Part shown: one piece after another, positions 30,445 through 42,661 of the stretch
Layout: every line of letters begins with the position of its first letter
Numbering within the stretch: position 1 is the stretch's first letter
NCBI GenBank assembly: GCA_965219685.1
Contig: CBDCOH010000002.1
Coordinates: forward strand, 1-64,000
Source: Candidatus Spongiisociaceae bacterium
Lineage (GTDB): Bacteria > Actinomycetota > Acidimicrobiia > Spongiisociales > Spongiisociaceae
DNA: 64,000 bases
Direction of reading: 5' to 3'
Made by a program: the position numbers and the translations under genes
The notes under the pieces: model-generated
Seen by the model: only the letters and a program-made list of their open reading frames with translations
What the model was told of the DNA's origin: nothing
Database searches by the model: none

Positions 30445-32466
30445 TCATCCACGGCGCAGAACCAGGTGACCGTGGCGGGAGACGCCGGTCGTCCAGGACG
30501 GCGGCACCAGCGTCGTGCAGGCATCTTCGAGAACTATGGCAGGCCCTCCGATCTCGACGCCGCTAGGCAACGAGGAGCGCTGGTAGACCGGCGTCTCGAA
30601 CCAGGCATCTCCGAACCAGGTTCGCTCGGAGGCGACCGGTTCCGGCAGCCGACCCTCGGGTATGGCCTGCGGGCGCGGGCGGGTCATGGCGCCGAAGGCA
30701 GCCATCCGGAGGTTCACGAACTCGACGGCCTCGCCCGGGTTGCTGTGGCCGTAGCGGACGTTGTGAGCCTCCGCGAACTGGTCCGGTATCCCGTCGATCA
30801 GGTGGCCCATCCCGCGGCTGGTGTCGAGGGGCAAGGTCACCGTGTACTCCTGGCCGGAGTACCGAAGGTCGGCCGACGCCTCCAGGGCGATCGCCTGATC
30901 GTCGAATCCGTCCTCCTTCACCATCAGGCGGGCTCGCTCCTCCAGCTCGGCCAGGGCCGCCTCCAGGGCATCCTCGGTGAGATCGGCCACCCGGACGTAG
31001 AAGCTCTGCACGGCATCGTGCCGGGTGTCGGTCTGCAGCATGCCGTAGGCGGACAGGACCCCCGGGTTGACGGGTACCACCACGGTCTCCAGGTCCAGCT
31101 CGTCGGCGAGCGAGGTGGCGTGAAGGGGCCCGGCTCCACCGAACGCCACCAGGATGAAGTCGCGCGGGTCGATGCCTCGCATCACCGTGATCTCACGGAT
31201 GGCGTTGGCCATCGTCGCGTCGGCCACCGCGATCATTCCGGCAGCGAGCGAGAGGCGGTCCATTCCCAGGGAATCGGCCACTCCCGAGAGCGCCTCGTCA
31301 GCAGCGTCCGTATCGAGGGAGATCCCACCGGCGAGGCGGGCCACACCGGGCAGGCGTCCCAGATGGAGGTTGGCATCGGTGATGGTGGGCTCCACGCCGC
31401 CCGTTCCGTAGCTGGCGGGCCCGGGCACGGCGCCGGCCGAGCGAGGACCCACCCGGAGGCCCCCTCCCGCGGTGTGACCGACGCTGCCCCCACCCGCGCC
31501 GATCGTGTGGATCGCCACAGTTGGGGCGAGCACCGGATGGCGCTGCAGTTCCGATTCGAGCTCCACGTCTGCTCGACCGTCCACCACCAGGCTCATGTCG
31601 AAGGACGTGCCGCCCATGTCCACGCATATCAACCTGCTGGCAGATGCCTCCTCGAGGAGGTCGTCGGCCACCGCCAGGCATGCGATCGTGCCCCCCACCG
31701 GGCCCGAGAACAGCGTCTGGATGGGCTTGCGCCGGGCGGACGCCGCCGCCATCACCCCGCCGTTGGACTGCATGACCCGTAACGAGCCGCGCATTCCCCG
31801 CCCGGACGTCCGCTTCTCCAACTCGGTCAGGTAGTTCTCCACGATCGGTGCAACGTAGGCGGCGATCGCGGTGGTGCTGGTGCGTTCGTACTCGCGCCAT
31901 TCGGGCGCCACGTCGGACGAGCACACCACCGACAGGGATCTGCCGGCAGCGCGCAGCAGTTCGGCCACCTTCCGCTCGTGGGCAGGATTGGCGTAGGAGT
32001 GGAGGAAGCAGATCGCCACAGCTTCGTAGTCCTGGGCGAGGCGGGTGCCCAACTCCCGGATCGCCCCCTCGTCGATGCCGACCAGCACGGTCCCGTCCGC
32101 GGCGATGCGCTCGTCCACCTCGAAGATCGAGCGGCGGGGAACGAGCGGGGTGGGTTGGCGGTATCGAACGTTATACATGTCAGGCCGGTTGGCCCGACCC
32201 AGCTCGTACACGTCACGGAACCCGCGGGTGGTGAGCAGCGCCACCCTGGCGCCCCGCCGTTCGAGGAAGGCGTTGAGCCCGGCCGTGGTCCCGTTGGTGA
32301 TGGAGTCGAGTTGACGCCAGTCGATGTCGAGTTGGTCGAGCACGCCTAAGACCCCGTCATAGAGCCTCTGAGGGGTGGTCAGAGCCTTGGCGGTTCGGGT
32401 GCGGCCGTCGCCGTCGATCACCACCGCGTCGGTGAACGTTCCTCCTATGTCAACGGCAACTCGCAT
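30445..32466 (-). CDS. Hydantoinase A / 5-oxoprolinase family subunit
   Basis: DIGGTFTD, EYERTST, SGPVGG, DMGGTSFD, GAGGGS, AFGGAGPLH. Confidence 0.95.
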   Translation of the reverse strand: MRVAVDIGGTFTDAVVIDGDGRTRTAKALTTPQRLYDGVLGVLDQLDIDWRQLDSITNGTTAGLNAFLERRGARVALLTTRGFRDVYELGRANRPDMYNVRYRQPTPLVPRRSIFEVDERIAADGTVLVGIDEGAIRELGTRLAQDYEAVAICFLHSYANPAHERKVAELLRAAGRSLSVVCSSDVAPEWREYERTSTTAIAAYVAPIVENYLTELEKRTSGRGMRGSLRVMQSNGGVMAAASARRKPIQTLFSGPVGGTIACLAVADDLLEEASASRLICVDMGGTSFDMSLVVDGRADVELESELQRHPVLAPTVAIHTIGAGGGSVGHTAGGGLRVGPRSAGAVPGPASYGTGGVEPTITDANLHLGRLPGVARLAGGISLDTDAADEALSGVADSLGMDRLSLAAGMIAVADATMANAIREITVMRGIDPRDFILVAFGGAGPLHATSLADELDLETVVVPVNPGVLSAYGMLQTDTRHDAVQSFYVRVADLTEDALEAALAELEERARLMVKEDGFDDQAIALEASADLRYSGQEYTVTLPLDTSRGMGHLIDGIPDQFAEAHNVRYGHSNPGEAVEFVNLRMAAFGAMTRPRPQAIPEGRLPEPVASERTWFGDAWFETPVYQRSSLPSGVEIGGPAIVLEDACTTLVPPSWTTGVSRHGHLVLRRG

Positions 32467-32543
32467 CGGCTTCCTTTGGACCTGATCGTTGCTGTATGCG
32501 CGGCGGCGCCCACGGACCGACCGGCGTAAGGAACCTCTTTACC

Positions 32544-32555
32544 GGAAACGTTTCC
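32544..32555. promoter_or_regulatory. LacI-type operator palindrome upstream of the hydantoinase operon
   Basis: Perfect palindrome GGAAACGTTTCC with central CG, about 80 bp upstream of the ATG at 32466. Confidence 0.5.
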
Positions 32556-32671
32556 CGTGCGCAAGTCGGAGCAGGTGCCGGGTGTTAGGTGTTAGCTGTT
32601 AGTGGTGGGTGGCGGGCCTGAAGGATCCCCGGTGCTCTTGTCGCGGGTGTCAGGTGTCGCATACCGGACGG

Positions 32672-32724
32672 TCACCATTCACCATTCACCATTCACCATT
32701 CACCACTCACGATTCACCATTCAC
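32672..32724. repeat. (TCACCAT/C)n heptamer array, about 7 units
   Basis: Read directly; includes the TGA stop of the VOC gene. (TGTTAGN)x3 lies nearby at about 32582-32602. Confidence 0.9.
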
Positions 32725-33194
32725 TGCCAGTCGCTTCCCGTCTGGAACAGTTCCAGGATGAGGCCTCCCACCTCGCGGGTGTCGAAGTAGGCGAACTTCC
32801 CGCCGTCTTCGAGGATCGCGGAGGAGATGACGCGAAACCCGAGCGCGGTCAGATCGGCCATATCGCGGTCCAGATCGTCGGTGTGGGCGCAGAGGTGGAT
32901 CACCCCTTCGCCGCGCTCCTCCAGGAACTCGGCCTGGATGCTCTTCCCGGACACCGGCTGCAGCAACTCGAACTCGACCGATCCCATCTGGGCGATCAGG
33001 CCTCTCACCCTGGCGTCCGGATTGTCCTCACCGTATATCCTGCGCTCGAGCGCATGGGCGGATGGACCTTCCACGAACGGGCCAATGCCGAGCAGCTCGT
33101 AGAACGCCGCGGCCTTGTCGATGTCACGGACTACCACCCCGACCTGGTACGTTCTCGACCAGAGATCGGCGCGGACTGCTGCTTCGTCGGCCAT
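32721..33194 (-). CDS. VOC/glyoxalase family protein
   Basis: QVGVVVRD, FELLQP, GEGVIHL, YFDT...GLILEL. Confidence 0.85.
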   Translation of the reverse strand: MADEAAVRADLWSRTYQVGVVVRDIDKAAAFYELLGIGPFVEGPSAHALERRIYGEDNPDARVRGLIAQMGSVEFELLQPVSGKSIQAEFLEERGEGVIHLCAHTDDLDRDMADLTALGFRVISSAILEDGGKFAYFDTREVGGLILELFQTGSDWQ

Positions 33195-33275
33195 CGCGCT
33201 CTCCCGAATAGCTTGCGCCGGCTGTACCGTCCCCGCTGCTGGGAAGGGGCCGGCTCCGGAGCGAGAGGCTAACAG

Positions 33276-33734
33276 ATGACATCACCCATCGACCCTGCCG
33301 ACAGGGCCGCCGTAGTCGACCTGCTGTATTCCTACGCGTGGCACTTCGACCGCAACGAACCGGAGGGAGTCGCCGCGCTGTTCACCGACGACGCCACGAT
33401 CGACTACGGACCGGAGAACCCCACCATCGTCGGTCGCGACGCCATCGTGCCGGCCATCCGGCCGGGTTTGCAGAACCTGTTCAAGACTTCCGCCCACCAC
33501 ATAACCAACCCGAGGATCGAGTCCGACGGTCCCGACCGAGCGGTGGGTGTCGCCTACGTGTACGCCTGGCACGTCTACCACTCCGACGACTCCGAGGGGG
33601 AGTTGTGGGGCCAGTACCACTGCCGGTTCCGCCGCACGGACGATGGATGGAGGATCGCCGAGCTGGTTCTCAAGGTCATGGGTGTGAAGAACTTCCACAG
33701 GGCGACGATGCACCCGATCGGTCGGCGGTCCTGA
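33276..33734 (+). CDS. SnoaL-like / NTF2-fold protein
   Basis: Y...FD, LFTDDA, HHITN, GQY...RRT..GWRI. Confidence 0.85.
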   Translation: MTSPIDPADRAAVVDLLYSYAWHFDRNEPEGVAALFTDDATIDYGPENPTIVGRDAIVPAIRPGLQNLFKTSAHHITNPRIESDGPDRAVGVAYVYAWHVYHSDDSEGELWGQYHCRFRRTDDGWRIAELVLKVMGVKNFHRATMHPIGRRS

Positions 33735-33768
33735 GCCGGGCTCCGATGGATCGGGGTAGGCGCTCGCC

Positions 33769-34887
33769 GTGACCACCGTCATGCTGGTGGGGGTCGGTGA
33801 CCTCGGCGGTTGGGCCCTCGAGTTCCTGGCTCGGACCCCGGAGGTCGACCGGGTGGTAACGGTCAAGCGGAGCCCCTGGAGGGGGACGTCTCCGGTCACC
33901 CTGGCGATGCTCGGCTCGATCTTCCAGGGACACTCGAAACGTTTCGAGCACCACACCGTGGACCTGGCCGATGAGGACGCGATGGCGCGCCTGCTGGCCG
34001 GGGTGAGGCCGGATGCGATCTTGCACTCGGCCACTGTGCAGTCGCCCCGGAGGTTCATGAACGCCGAGATCGACGAGGGCCTGCGGGCGGAGATCCGATC
34101 GGCAACCTTCAGCCTCTGGCTGCCCTGGCACCTGCTGCCGGCGACCCAACTGGTCCGGGCCGTCGAGCGGGCCGGAGTCGACACCCATATCGTCAACGCG
34201 GCCTTCCCCGATGTGGTCAACCATGCCATCTGGCGGCGGTTCGGCCACGGTCCGATCGCGGGCGCCGGCAACGTCGAGGTGTGCGCGGCCACCGTGCTGC
34301 TGTACGTGATGGCCGATCGCGGGCTTCCAGCGGATGCCGTCGACGTGAGACTGGTCGGTTCGCACGCCCTGATGGCATATGGCGCGGCGGTCGTTCCCCA
34401 TCACCTTCGTATCGAGGTGGAGGGAGAGGACGTCACCGCCGGTTACGACCTCGCATCCATCCTGTCGTCGTGGCCGGAGCCCATCGAGTGGGGACGTACC
34501 GACCGTTTCTCCCTCTTCGCGGCATCGGCGGTCAAGAACGCGGTGGCCCTGGTGGGGGAGGTCCCGACCCGTACCCACATGTCGGGGCCCGTGGGGATGC
34601 CCGGCGGCTACCCGGTAACGGTGGCCGGCGGCCGGGTCGAACTCGATCTACCGGGCAGCCTGTCCCCGGAGGAGGCGACCGCCATCAACGACGCCGCTGC
34701 CCGGTTCGACGCCATCGACCACGTGGAGAGGAACGGGACCGTGGTTTACACTTCCGAGGCGCGGGCCGCCATGGAGAGCATCGGGTATGCGTGCGAGGCG
34801 ATCACGTTCGACGAACTGCCGCGGCGCTGCCGGATCCTCCAGGAGTTGTATCACCGCCTGACCACAAGGAGCGGAACACATGCCTGA
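33769..34887 (+). CDS. Uncharacterised Rossmann-fold (NAD(P)-binding) protein
   Basis: N-terminal VGVGDLGG; VNAAFPDVVN, GAGN, GP.GMPGGYPV. Confidence 0.6.
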   Translation: MTTVMLVGVGDLGGWALEFLARTPEVDRVVTVKRSPWRGTSPVTLAMLGSIFQGHSKRFEHHTVDLADEDAMARLLAGVRPDAILHSATVQSPRRFMNAEIDEGLRAEIRSATFSLWLPWHLLPATQLVRAVERAGVDTHIVNAAFPDVVNHAIWRRFGHGPIAGAGNVEVCAATVLLYVMADRGLPADAVDVRLVGSHALMAYGAAVVPHHLRIEVEGEDVTAGYDLASILSSWPEPIEWGRTDRFSLFAASAVKNAVALVGEVPTRTHMSGPVGMPGGYPVTVAGGRVELDLPGSLSPEEATAINDAAARFDAIDHVERNGTVVYTSEARAAMESIGYACEAITFDELPRRCRILQELYHRLTTRSGTHA

Positions 34888-35824
34888 GTTCACCCGCAAG
34901 CCGCTGGAAGGCCTCTTCCCCCTGATCCCGCTCAGCCTCGACGATGCCCAGCAGATCGACATGGCCGGGGTGCGCCACAGCATCGACCTGGTGGCCGCTT
35001 CGGGAGCTCCCGGATGCATCGTCTTCGGATCGATGGGTCAGATGACCAGCGTCTCGGAACGCGAGTTCGACGCGGTGTGCGAGTTGGCGGTCGAGACCGG
35101 TCACCGCGGGGGAATCGCAGTGGTGGTGGGCAGCACCGCCTCCTTCCAGCAGGAGGCCGTCCGGCGGGCCCGCGTGGCGGAGAGGGCGGGCGCCGACGGT
35201 TCGATGCTGGCAGCACCGTACGCGCTACCGGTGACCAGCGACTGGGCGCTCCGCTTCTTCGTCGAGGTCGCGGAGTCCCTGGACGGTGACATGGCCCTCA
35301 TGCTCTACAACTACTCGCCCCTCAACGGTATGAATCTCACCGCGAAGATGTGGGAGCAGCTCCTGGACATCGCCAACATCAAAGCCATCAAGGAGTCGAA
35401 CACGGCCTTGCCCCATTTCGACGAGATCCTGCTGACCATCTGCGACCGGGTGAACGTGTTCAGCGGCAACGACCCGGCCTTCTTCCACGCATCGATGCTC
35501 GGGGCGGCCGGGGCGACCGGGATATTCAGCTGGGCGGGACTGCGGGCCGGCACCCGATTCATCGAAGAGTGCCGCAAGGGCAACCACAACGATCCCTGGG
35601 TCCGCAGCGCCTTCTCCGCGCTGCAGAGGTTCTCGGCCGCCATCCGGCGCCCCGACATGCCTTCCATGCTCAGCTACGAGCACGGGTACCTCAACGCCAT
35701 CGCCGGGCTCGGGGGCGCCCGGACCGGCGTTCCCCGCAAGCCCTACGGCCCCCTCCCGGCCCCCGCCCTGGCCACGGTCGAGGCCGAGGCGGCAGGCGTG
35801 CAGGCTCTGGAAGCCGGACTGTGA
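34880..35824 (+). CDS. Dihydrodipicolinate synthase-family (class I aldolase/dehydratase) protein
   Basis: GSMGQ, GADG..APY, LYN, IKES Schiff-base Lys, FSGND. Confidence 0.85.
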   Translation: MPEFTRKPLEGLFPLIPLSLDDAQQIDMAGVRHSIDLVAASGAPGCIVFGSMGQMTSVSEREFDAVCELAVETGHRGGIAVVVGSTASFQQEAVRRARVAERAGADGSMLAAPYALPVTSDWALRFFVEVAESLDGDMALMLYNYSPLNGMNLTAKMWEQLLDIANIKAIKESNTALPHFDEILLTICDRVNVFSGNDPAFFHASMLGAAGATGIFSWAGLRAGTRFIEECRKGNHNDPWVRSAFSALQRFSAAIRRPDMPSMLSYEHGYLNAIAGLGGARTGVPRKPYGPLPAPALATVEAEAAGVQALEAGL

Positions 35825-36861
35825 CCCGGGACGCGCCGCGTCCGGGGGAGATACTGGTCGTGTCCAGCGAGGAGGTCGAGGAACTCCTCGACCCGGCGGT
35901 CTGCCTGGAGCGGTGCCTCGACACCTTCCGCTGGGTCGGCGAGGGTGAGGTCGAGCAGACCAATCCCGTCAACCTGTACGTCCACGACCGTCTGGGTCCC
36001 GAACCTCCCTTCGGTCACGGAGCGATCCAGGCGTTCCCCGCCATGATCCGTCCGCTGGGGAGGGCGGCTGTCAAATGGCTGGGCAGCTACCGGCTCAATC
36101 CCCGCCGTGGCCTGCCCGCCATCTCCGCCCTCGACCTGGTCAGCGACATCGACACGGGAATGCCGCTTGCCCTGGTGGACGGCACCTCGGTCACCAACAT
36201 GCGCACCGGCGGCCATGCGACGGTAGGGGCGAAATACCTCGCCCGCCCGGACTCGAGCCGGGTGGCCTTCGTCGGGTGCGGCAACGAGGCCTGGACCCAC
36301 CTCCTGGCGCTCAACGAGGTCTTCCCCCTGCAGAACGCGGCCGCCTTCGACATCAACCCGGATCAGCTGGCCCGATTCGCCCGCCGGGCGGAGGAACGGG
36401 TAGGGATCGAGGTGGCGCCGGCGCCCGACGTCGAGACGGCGGTGGCGGACGCCGACATCGTCTGCGTGGTCACCACCGCGGCCCGGCCGGTGCTGATGGA
36501 GGGATGGGTCCCGCCGGGCGCCCATGTGTGCGCGACCACCGGTTTCCGCGACGTCGACCCCGCCTGCGCAACCGCCTTCGACAAGTGGGTGGTGGGCTGG
36601 TACGGCCGGGATCTGGAGTGGATCGAGGGGGACGAGGTGGGGCGTCTGGGCGGCCTTCGGCCAGGACAGTTGACGAGAGCGGACATCCACGCCGACCTCG
36701 CCACAGAGGTCGTGCCCGGTGTCATACCGGGCCGCGAGTGCGAGAGCGAGCGCACGGTGATGACCCACATGGGCATGCCGGCCCTCGACGCAGCGGTCGC
36801 CTCGCTGGTATATGACCTGGCTCTCGAAGCCGGCGCGGGATCCTGGATCGAGGTCTTCTGA
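35821..36861 (+). CDS. Ornithine cyclodeaminase / mu-crystallin family protein
   Basis: TG.PLALVDG..VTNMRTG, LARPDS, GCGNEA, ADIVCVVT, G.PALD; GTGA overlap. Confidence 0.88.
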   Translation: MTRDAPRPGEILVVSSEEVEELLDPAVCLERCLDTFRWVGEGEVEQTNPVNLYVHDRLGPEPPFGHGAIQAFPAMIRPLGRAAVKWLGSYRLNPRRGLPAISALDLVSDIDTGMPLALVDGTSVTNMRTGGHATVGAKYLARPDSSRVAFVGCGNEAWTHLLALNEVFPLQNAAAFDINPDQLARFARRAEERVGIEVAPAPDVETAVADADIVCVVTTAARPVLMEGWVPPGAHVCATTGFRDVDPACATAFDKWVVGWYGRDLEWIEGDEVGRLGGLRPGQLTRADIHADLATEVVPGVIPGRECESERTVMTHMGMPALDAAVASLVYDLALEAGAGSWIEVF

Positions 36862-36863
36862 CG

Positions 36864-37160
36864 ATGGCGGCAGCCGGACGGTCCGGAACAGATGTCCCGG
36901 TTGGTGGATCGGCGGTGGACCTCGACGCTCTGCAGGAGGCGGTCGAGTTCGTGCGCCCGGCGCTTCACGCCGACGGCGGGGATCTCGTCGTGCTGGACGT
37001 GGATGAGGACGGGGTGGTCTCGGTCGAGCTCATGGGAGCGTGCGGGACCTGCCCGCTGTCGGTGGTGACGATGACCGCCGGAATCGAGGCCCTGTTCCGG
37101 CAGCGAGTCCCCGGCGTGACAGGCGTAGTGGCGAGCACGCCGACAGTCGCACCTCCGTGA
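36864..37160 (+). CDS. NifU/NfuA C-terminal domain protein
   Basis: VRPALHADGGD, GACGTCPLS..T. Confidence 0.9.
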   Translation: MAAAGRSGTDVPVGGSAVDLDALQEAVEFVRPALHADGGDLVVLDVDEDGVVSVELMGACGTCPLSVVTMTAGIEALFRQRVPGVTGVVASTPTVAPP

Positions 37161-37180
37161 TCGGTCGCCGGTCGGACCGC

Positions 37181-37269
37181 CACCATTCACCATTCACTAC
37201 TCACCATTCACCACTCACCATTCACCATTCACCACTCACCATTCACCACTCACCATTCACGACTCACCA
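37181..37269. repeat. (TCACCAT/C)n heptamer array, about 12 units
   Basis: Read directly; between convergent nifU-like and RidA genes; contains the RidA stop. Confidence 0.92.
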
Positions 37270-37652
37270 AGCCCCACGACCGCGTCGATCTGTACCTTGG
37301 CGCCTTTCCACAGGAAGGCAACCCCGAAGCTCGTCCGGGCCGGATAAGGGATCGGGAAGCGTTCGCCGTAGACCCGGTTCATGGCGTCGAGGTCGTCCTC
37401 GTCGACGAACTGGACGCATGTTTGTACCACGTCGGCGAGGGTTGCTCCCACCTCGGCGAGGATGTTCTCGAGGTTGGTGATCGCCTGGTGGAACTCGTTC
37501 TCGAAACCCCCCTCTACGAAGTCCCCGGTCACCGGATCGCGTCCGATCTGGCCGGTGATCCACGCACGGTTCCCGTCGATGCGGATGTGCGGGTAGGGAC
37601 CGCGCGGTTCCGGCGCTTGATGGCTGGTCACGGCGATGTCACCAGAGGACAT
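37257..37652 (-). CDS. RidA/YjgF family protein
   Basis: AP...GPY, GQIG.DP, NL..IL, MN.VY..F, PART; start at 37652 after GGAGGAG. Confidence 0.88.
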   Translation of the reverse strand: MSSGDIAVTSHQAPEPRGPYPHIRIDGNRAWITGQIGRDPVTGDFVEGGFENEFHQAITNLENILAEVGATLADVVQTCVQFVDEDDLDAMNRVYGERFPIPYPARTSFGVAFLWKGAKVQIDAVVGLGES

Positions 37653-37698
37653 GGGCTCCTCCCAGGGGTGTAGCGGTAGCTCGTAGTGGCGGTCCAGC

Positions 37699-38574
37699 TT
37701 ACGGCGCCGATCGCCGCAGAAGATCCAGGGAGGAGCCGACCCGGCCGGGGTCGGTCCAATCCACCGACACGACCACCTCGTCGATGCCGGCCGAGACCAG
37801 GTCCCGGAGGCACTCGGCCAGGGGCTCGGTGGGTCCGGGGGTCTGCATCGCCATACGGGTGGGTGCAGGGCGTCCACCCGCGGCTGCTTCTTCCTCGATG
37901 GCCCGGATCCGCCACCGGATCTCTTCGGGATCGATCTGGTCCGCGTACTGGAAGCCTATCCAGCCGTCGCCGTGGCGCGCCACACGGCGGAGCGCGGCCT
38001 TCGACATCCCGCCTGCCAGGATGGGAACCTCGCCGGCCGGCGTCGGATAGCAGCGGACACCGGCCGGGAGGTCCCAGTGCCGGTAGCGGCGTGCGGCCGG
38101 GCGACCGGTCCAGCAGTCCCTGATTATGGCCATCCACTCGTCCAGGCGGGTTCCCCGGTCCTCGAAAGGGGCACCCAGCGCGGCAAACTCCTCGGCCAGC
38201 CATCCCACGCCCACGCCCAGGGTGATCCTGCCGCCGGTGAGGAGGTCGAGGGTGGCTACCTGCTTGGCAAGCACCACCGGGTTGCGCATCGGCGCGATGA
38301 GCACGGAGGTGCCGAGCCCGATCGTGGCTGTGACCGCACCGGCCACAGCCAGGCTGACCAGCGCATCGAACATGGGATGGTCCATGTCCCAACGCATCGC
38401 ACCGTCGGCGTCGAAGGGGTATGGGGATGCGGCGCCGTCCACCATCACCACGTGGTCGCTCATCCACACCGAGTCGAAACCCAGTTCCTCCGCCAAGCGG
38501 GCTGCGTCGGGGAGGGTCACGGGTTGGTCCGGGCCGTGGCCGGGCAGGGTTACCCCGATCTTGAAGCTGCTCAC
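37699..38574 (-). CDS. LLM-class F420-dependent oxidoreductase (Rv2161c-like)
   Basis: GFDSVWMSDHVV, RNPVVLAKQVATLD, GVGVGWLAEEF, GDGW. Confidence 0.9.
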   Translation of the reverse strand: MSSFKIGVTLPGHGPDQPVTLPDAARLAEELGFDSVWMSDHVVMVDGAASPYPFDADGAMRWDMDHPMFDALVSLAVAGAVTATIGLGTSVLIAPMRNPVVLAKQVATLDLLTGGRITLGVGVGWLAEEFAALGAPFEDRGTRLDEWMAIIRDCWTGRPAARRYRHWDLPAGVRCYPTPAGEVPILAGGMSKAALRRVARHGDGWIGFQYADQIDPEEIRWRIRAIEEEAAAGGRPAPTRMAMQTPGPTEPLAECLRDLVSAGIDEVVVSVDWTDPGRVGSSLDLLRRSAP

Positions 38575-39341
38575 GTCAGCCAGCCGCCGTCCACCACCAT
38601 TACATGTCCGGTCACGTAGGAGGCAGCCTCCGAGGAGAGGAAGTCGACCGCGGCCGCTACGTCGGCCGGACGGCCGAGACGGCCGAGCGGGATCAAGGTC
38701 CCCGCCTGTGCCCGGGACGCCGACTCGCCGAGGACGGAGCGCACCATTTCGGTGTCGATCGTTCCGGGTGCGACCGCATTCACCCGTATGCCGAACGGGG
38801 CCAGCTCGCGGGCGGCCGCGATGGTCAGCATCCGGACCGCGCCCTTCGAGGTGTCGTAGGGAACCATCGGAGTGCTAGAGGCCGTGAACGCCGAAGTCGA
38901 AGCGGTGTTCACGATACATCCGGCGCGGCGGGGGATCATAGCCTTCGCGGCGGCCTGGATCCCGAAGAACACCGCCCTCAGGTTCACGGCCATCAACCCG
39001 TCGAAGTCCTCGGCGGTCACCTCGACCAGGGGACGCGCCCACCCGATGCCGGCGTTATTCACCACCGTGCCCAGTGGTATGTCATCGTCGATGCGTTCGA
39101 CAGCGGCGCCGATGGCGGTGACGTCGCGGACATCCAGCCTCAGCGGTCGGACGTCCAGTCCTTCGGCCTGGAGTTCGCCCGCCGTGTCCTCCTCGCCCGC
39201 GATGTCGGCGATGAAGACGGTGTCCCCACGCCTGGCCAACCGCTCGGCGATGCCCCTTCCGATTCCTCTCGCGCCCCCGGTCACCAGGGCGCCGACGGGT
39301 GATCCGCCACGAACGCGAGCTTCCGATGTTTCCTGGGTCAT
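38571..39341 (-). CDS. Short-chain dehydrogenase/reductase
   Basis: TGGARGIG, NNAG, YDTSK, VDGG; start taken at MTQETS. Confidence 0.9.
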   Translation of the reverse strand: MTQETSEARVRGGSPVGALVTGGARGIGRGIAERLARRGDTVFIADIAGEEDTAGELQAEGLDVRPLRLDVRDVTAIGAAVERIDDDIPLGTVVNNAGIGWARPLVEVTAEDFDGLMAVNLRAVFFGIQAAAKAMIPRRAGCIVNTASTSAFTASSTPMVPYDTSKGAVRMLTIAAARELAPFGIRVNAVAPGTIDTEMVRSVLGESASRAQAGTLIPLGRLGRPADVAAAVDFLSSEAASYVTGHVMVVDGGWLT

Positions 39342-39688
39342 GAGCGGACAGTAGTCCGCCCGGTGGAGGCGGCTGAAAGCACTCCGACGGGGTCGATGCT
39401 CGGCAAGGCAGGCCGGCGGTTGCCCGCCGTAGGGCACAGGGGTCAAGCACGGTTGGTACCGGGCTGCCAGACGAGTAGTTCCAAGGGATCTGATCGGAAG
39501 CGACCATACTCTACAAATTGCTAAACAACTCTTTACAACACATCTGTGACTCGTATGCATCTGTTCCTGGACTCGGACCCCGGGGCTGCCACTTGGTGAA
39601 GAGCCACCCGCGGGTGTAGACGCGAGGCCCAAACAGCGTGATGGAGGATGGCATAAGATGTCATCTAACGGTAACCATCGAATCACCA

Positions 39689-39720
39689 ACTAAAAATTAT
39701 AGACTACCGACTAGGTACTG
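39689..39720. repeat. Short degenerate ACTA-type heptamer array upstream of katG
   Basis: ACTAAAA ATTATAG ACTACCG ACTAGGT ACTG; same period and core as 17850-17897. Confidence 0.45.
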
Positions 39721-39755
39721 ATCATCCAGGCGACAGTCGACGGAGGGGGAGGTGA

Positions 39756-42657
<2,902 letters not shown>

Positions 42658-42661
<4 letters not shown>

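Noticed and set aside
39689-39720. FurA/PerR box upstream of katG
   Set aside because: No convincing palindrome; better explained as a degenerate ACTA heptamer array
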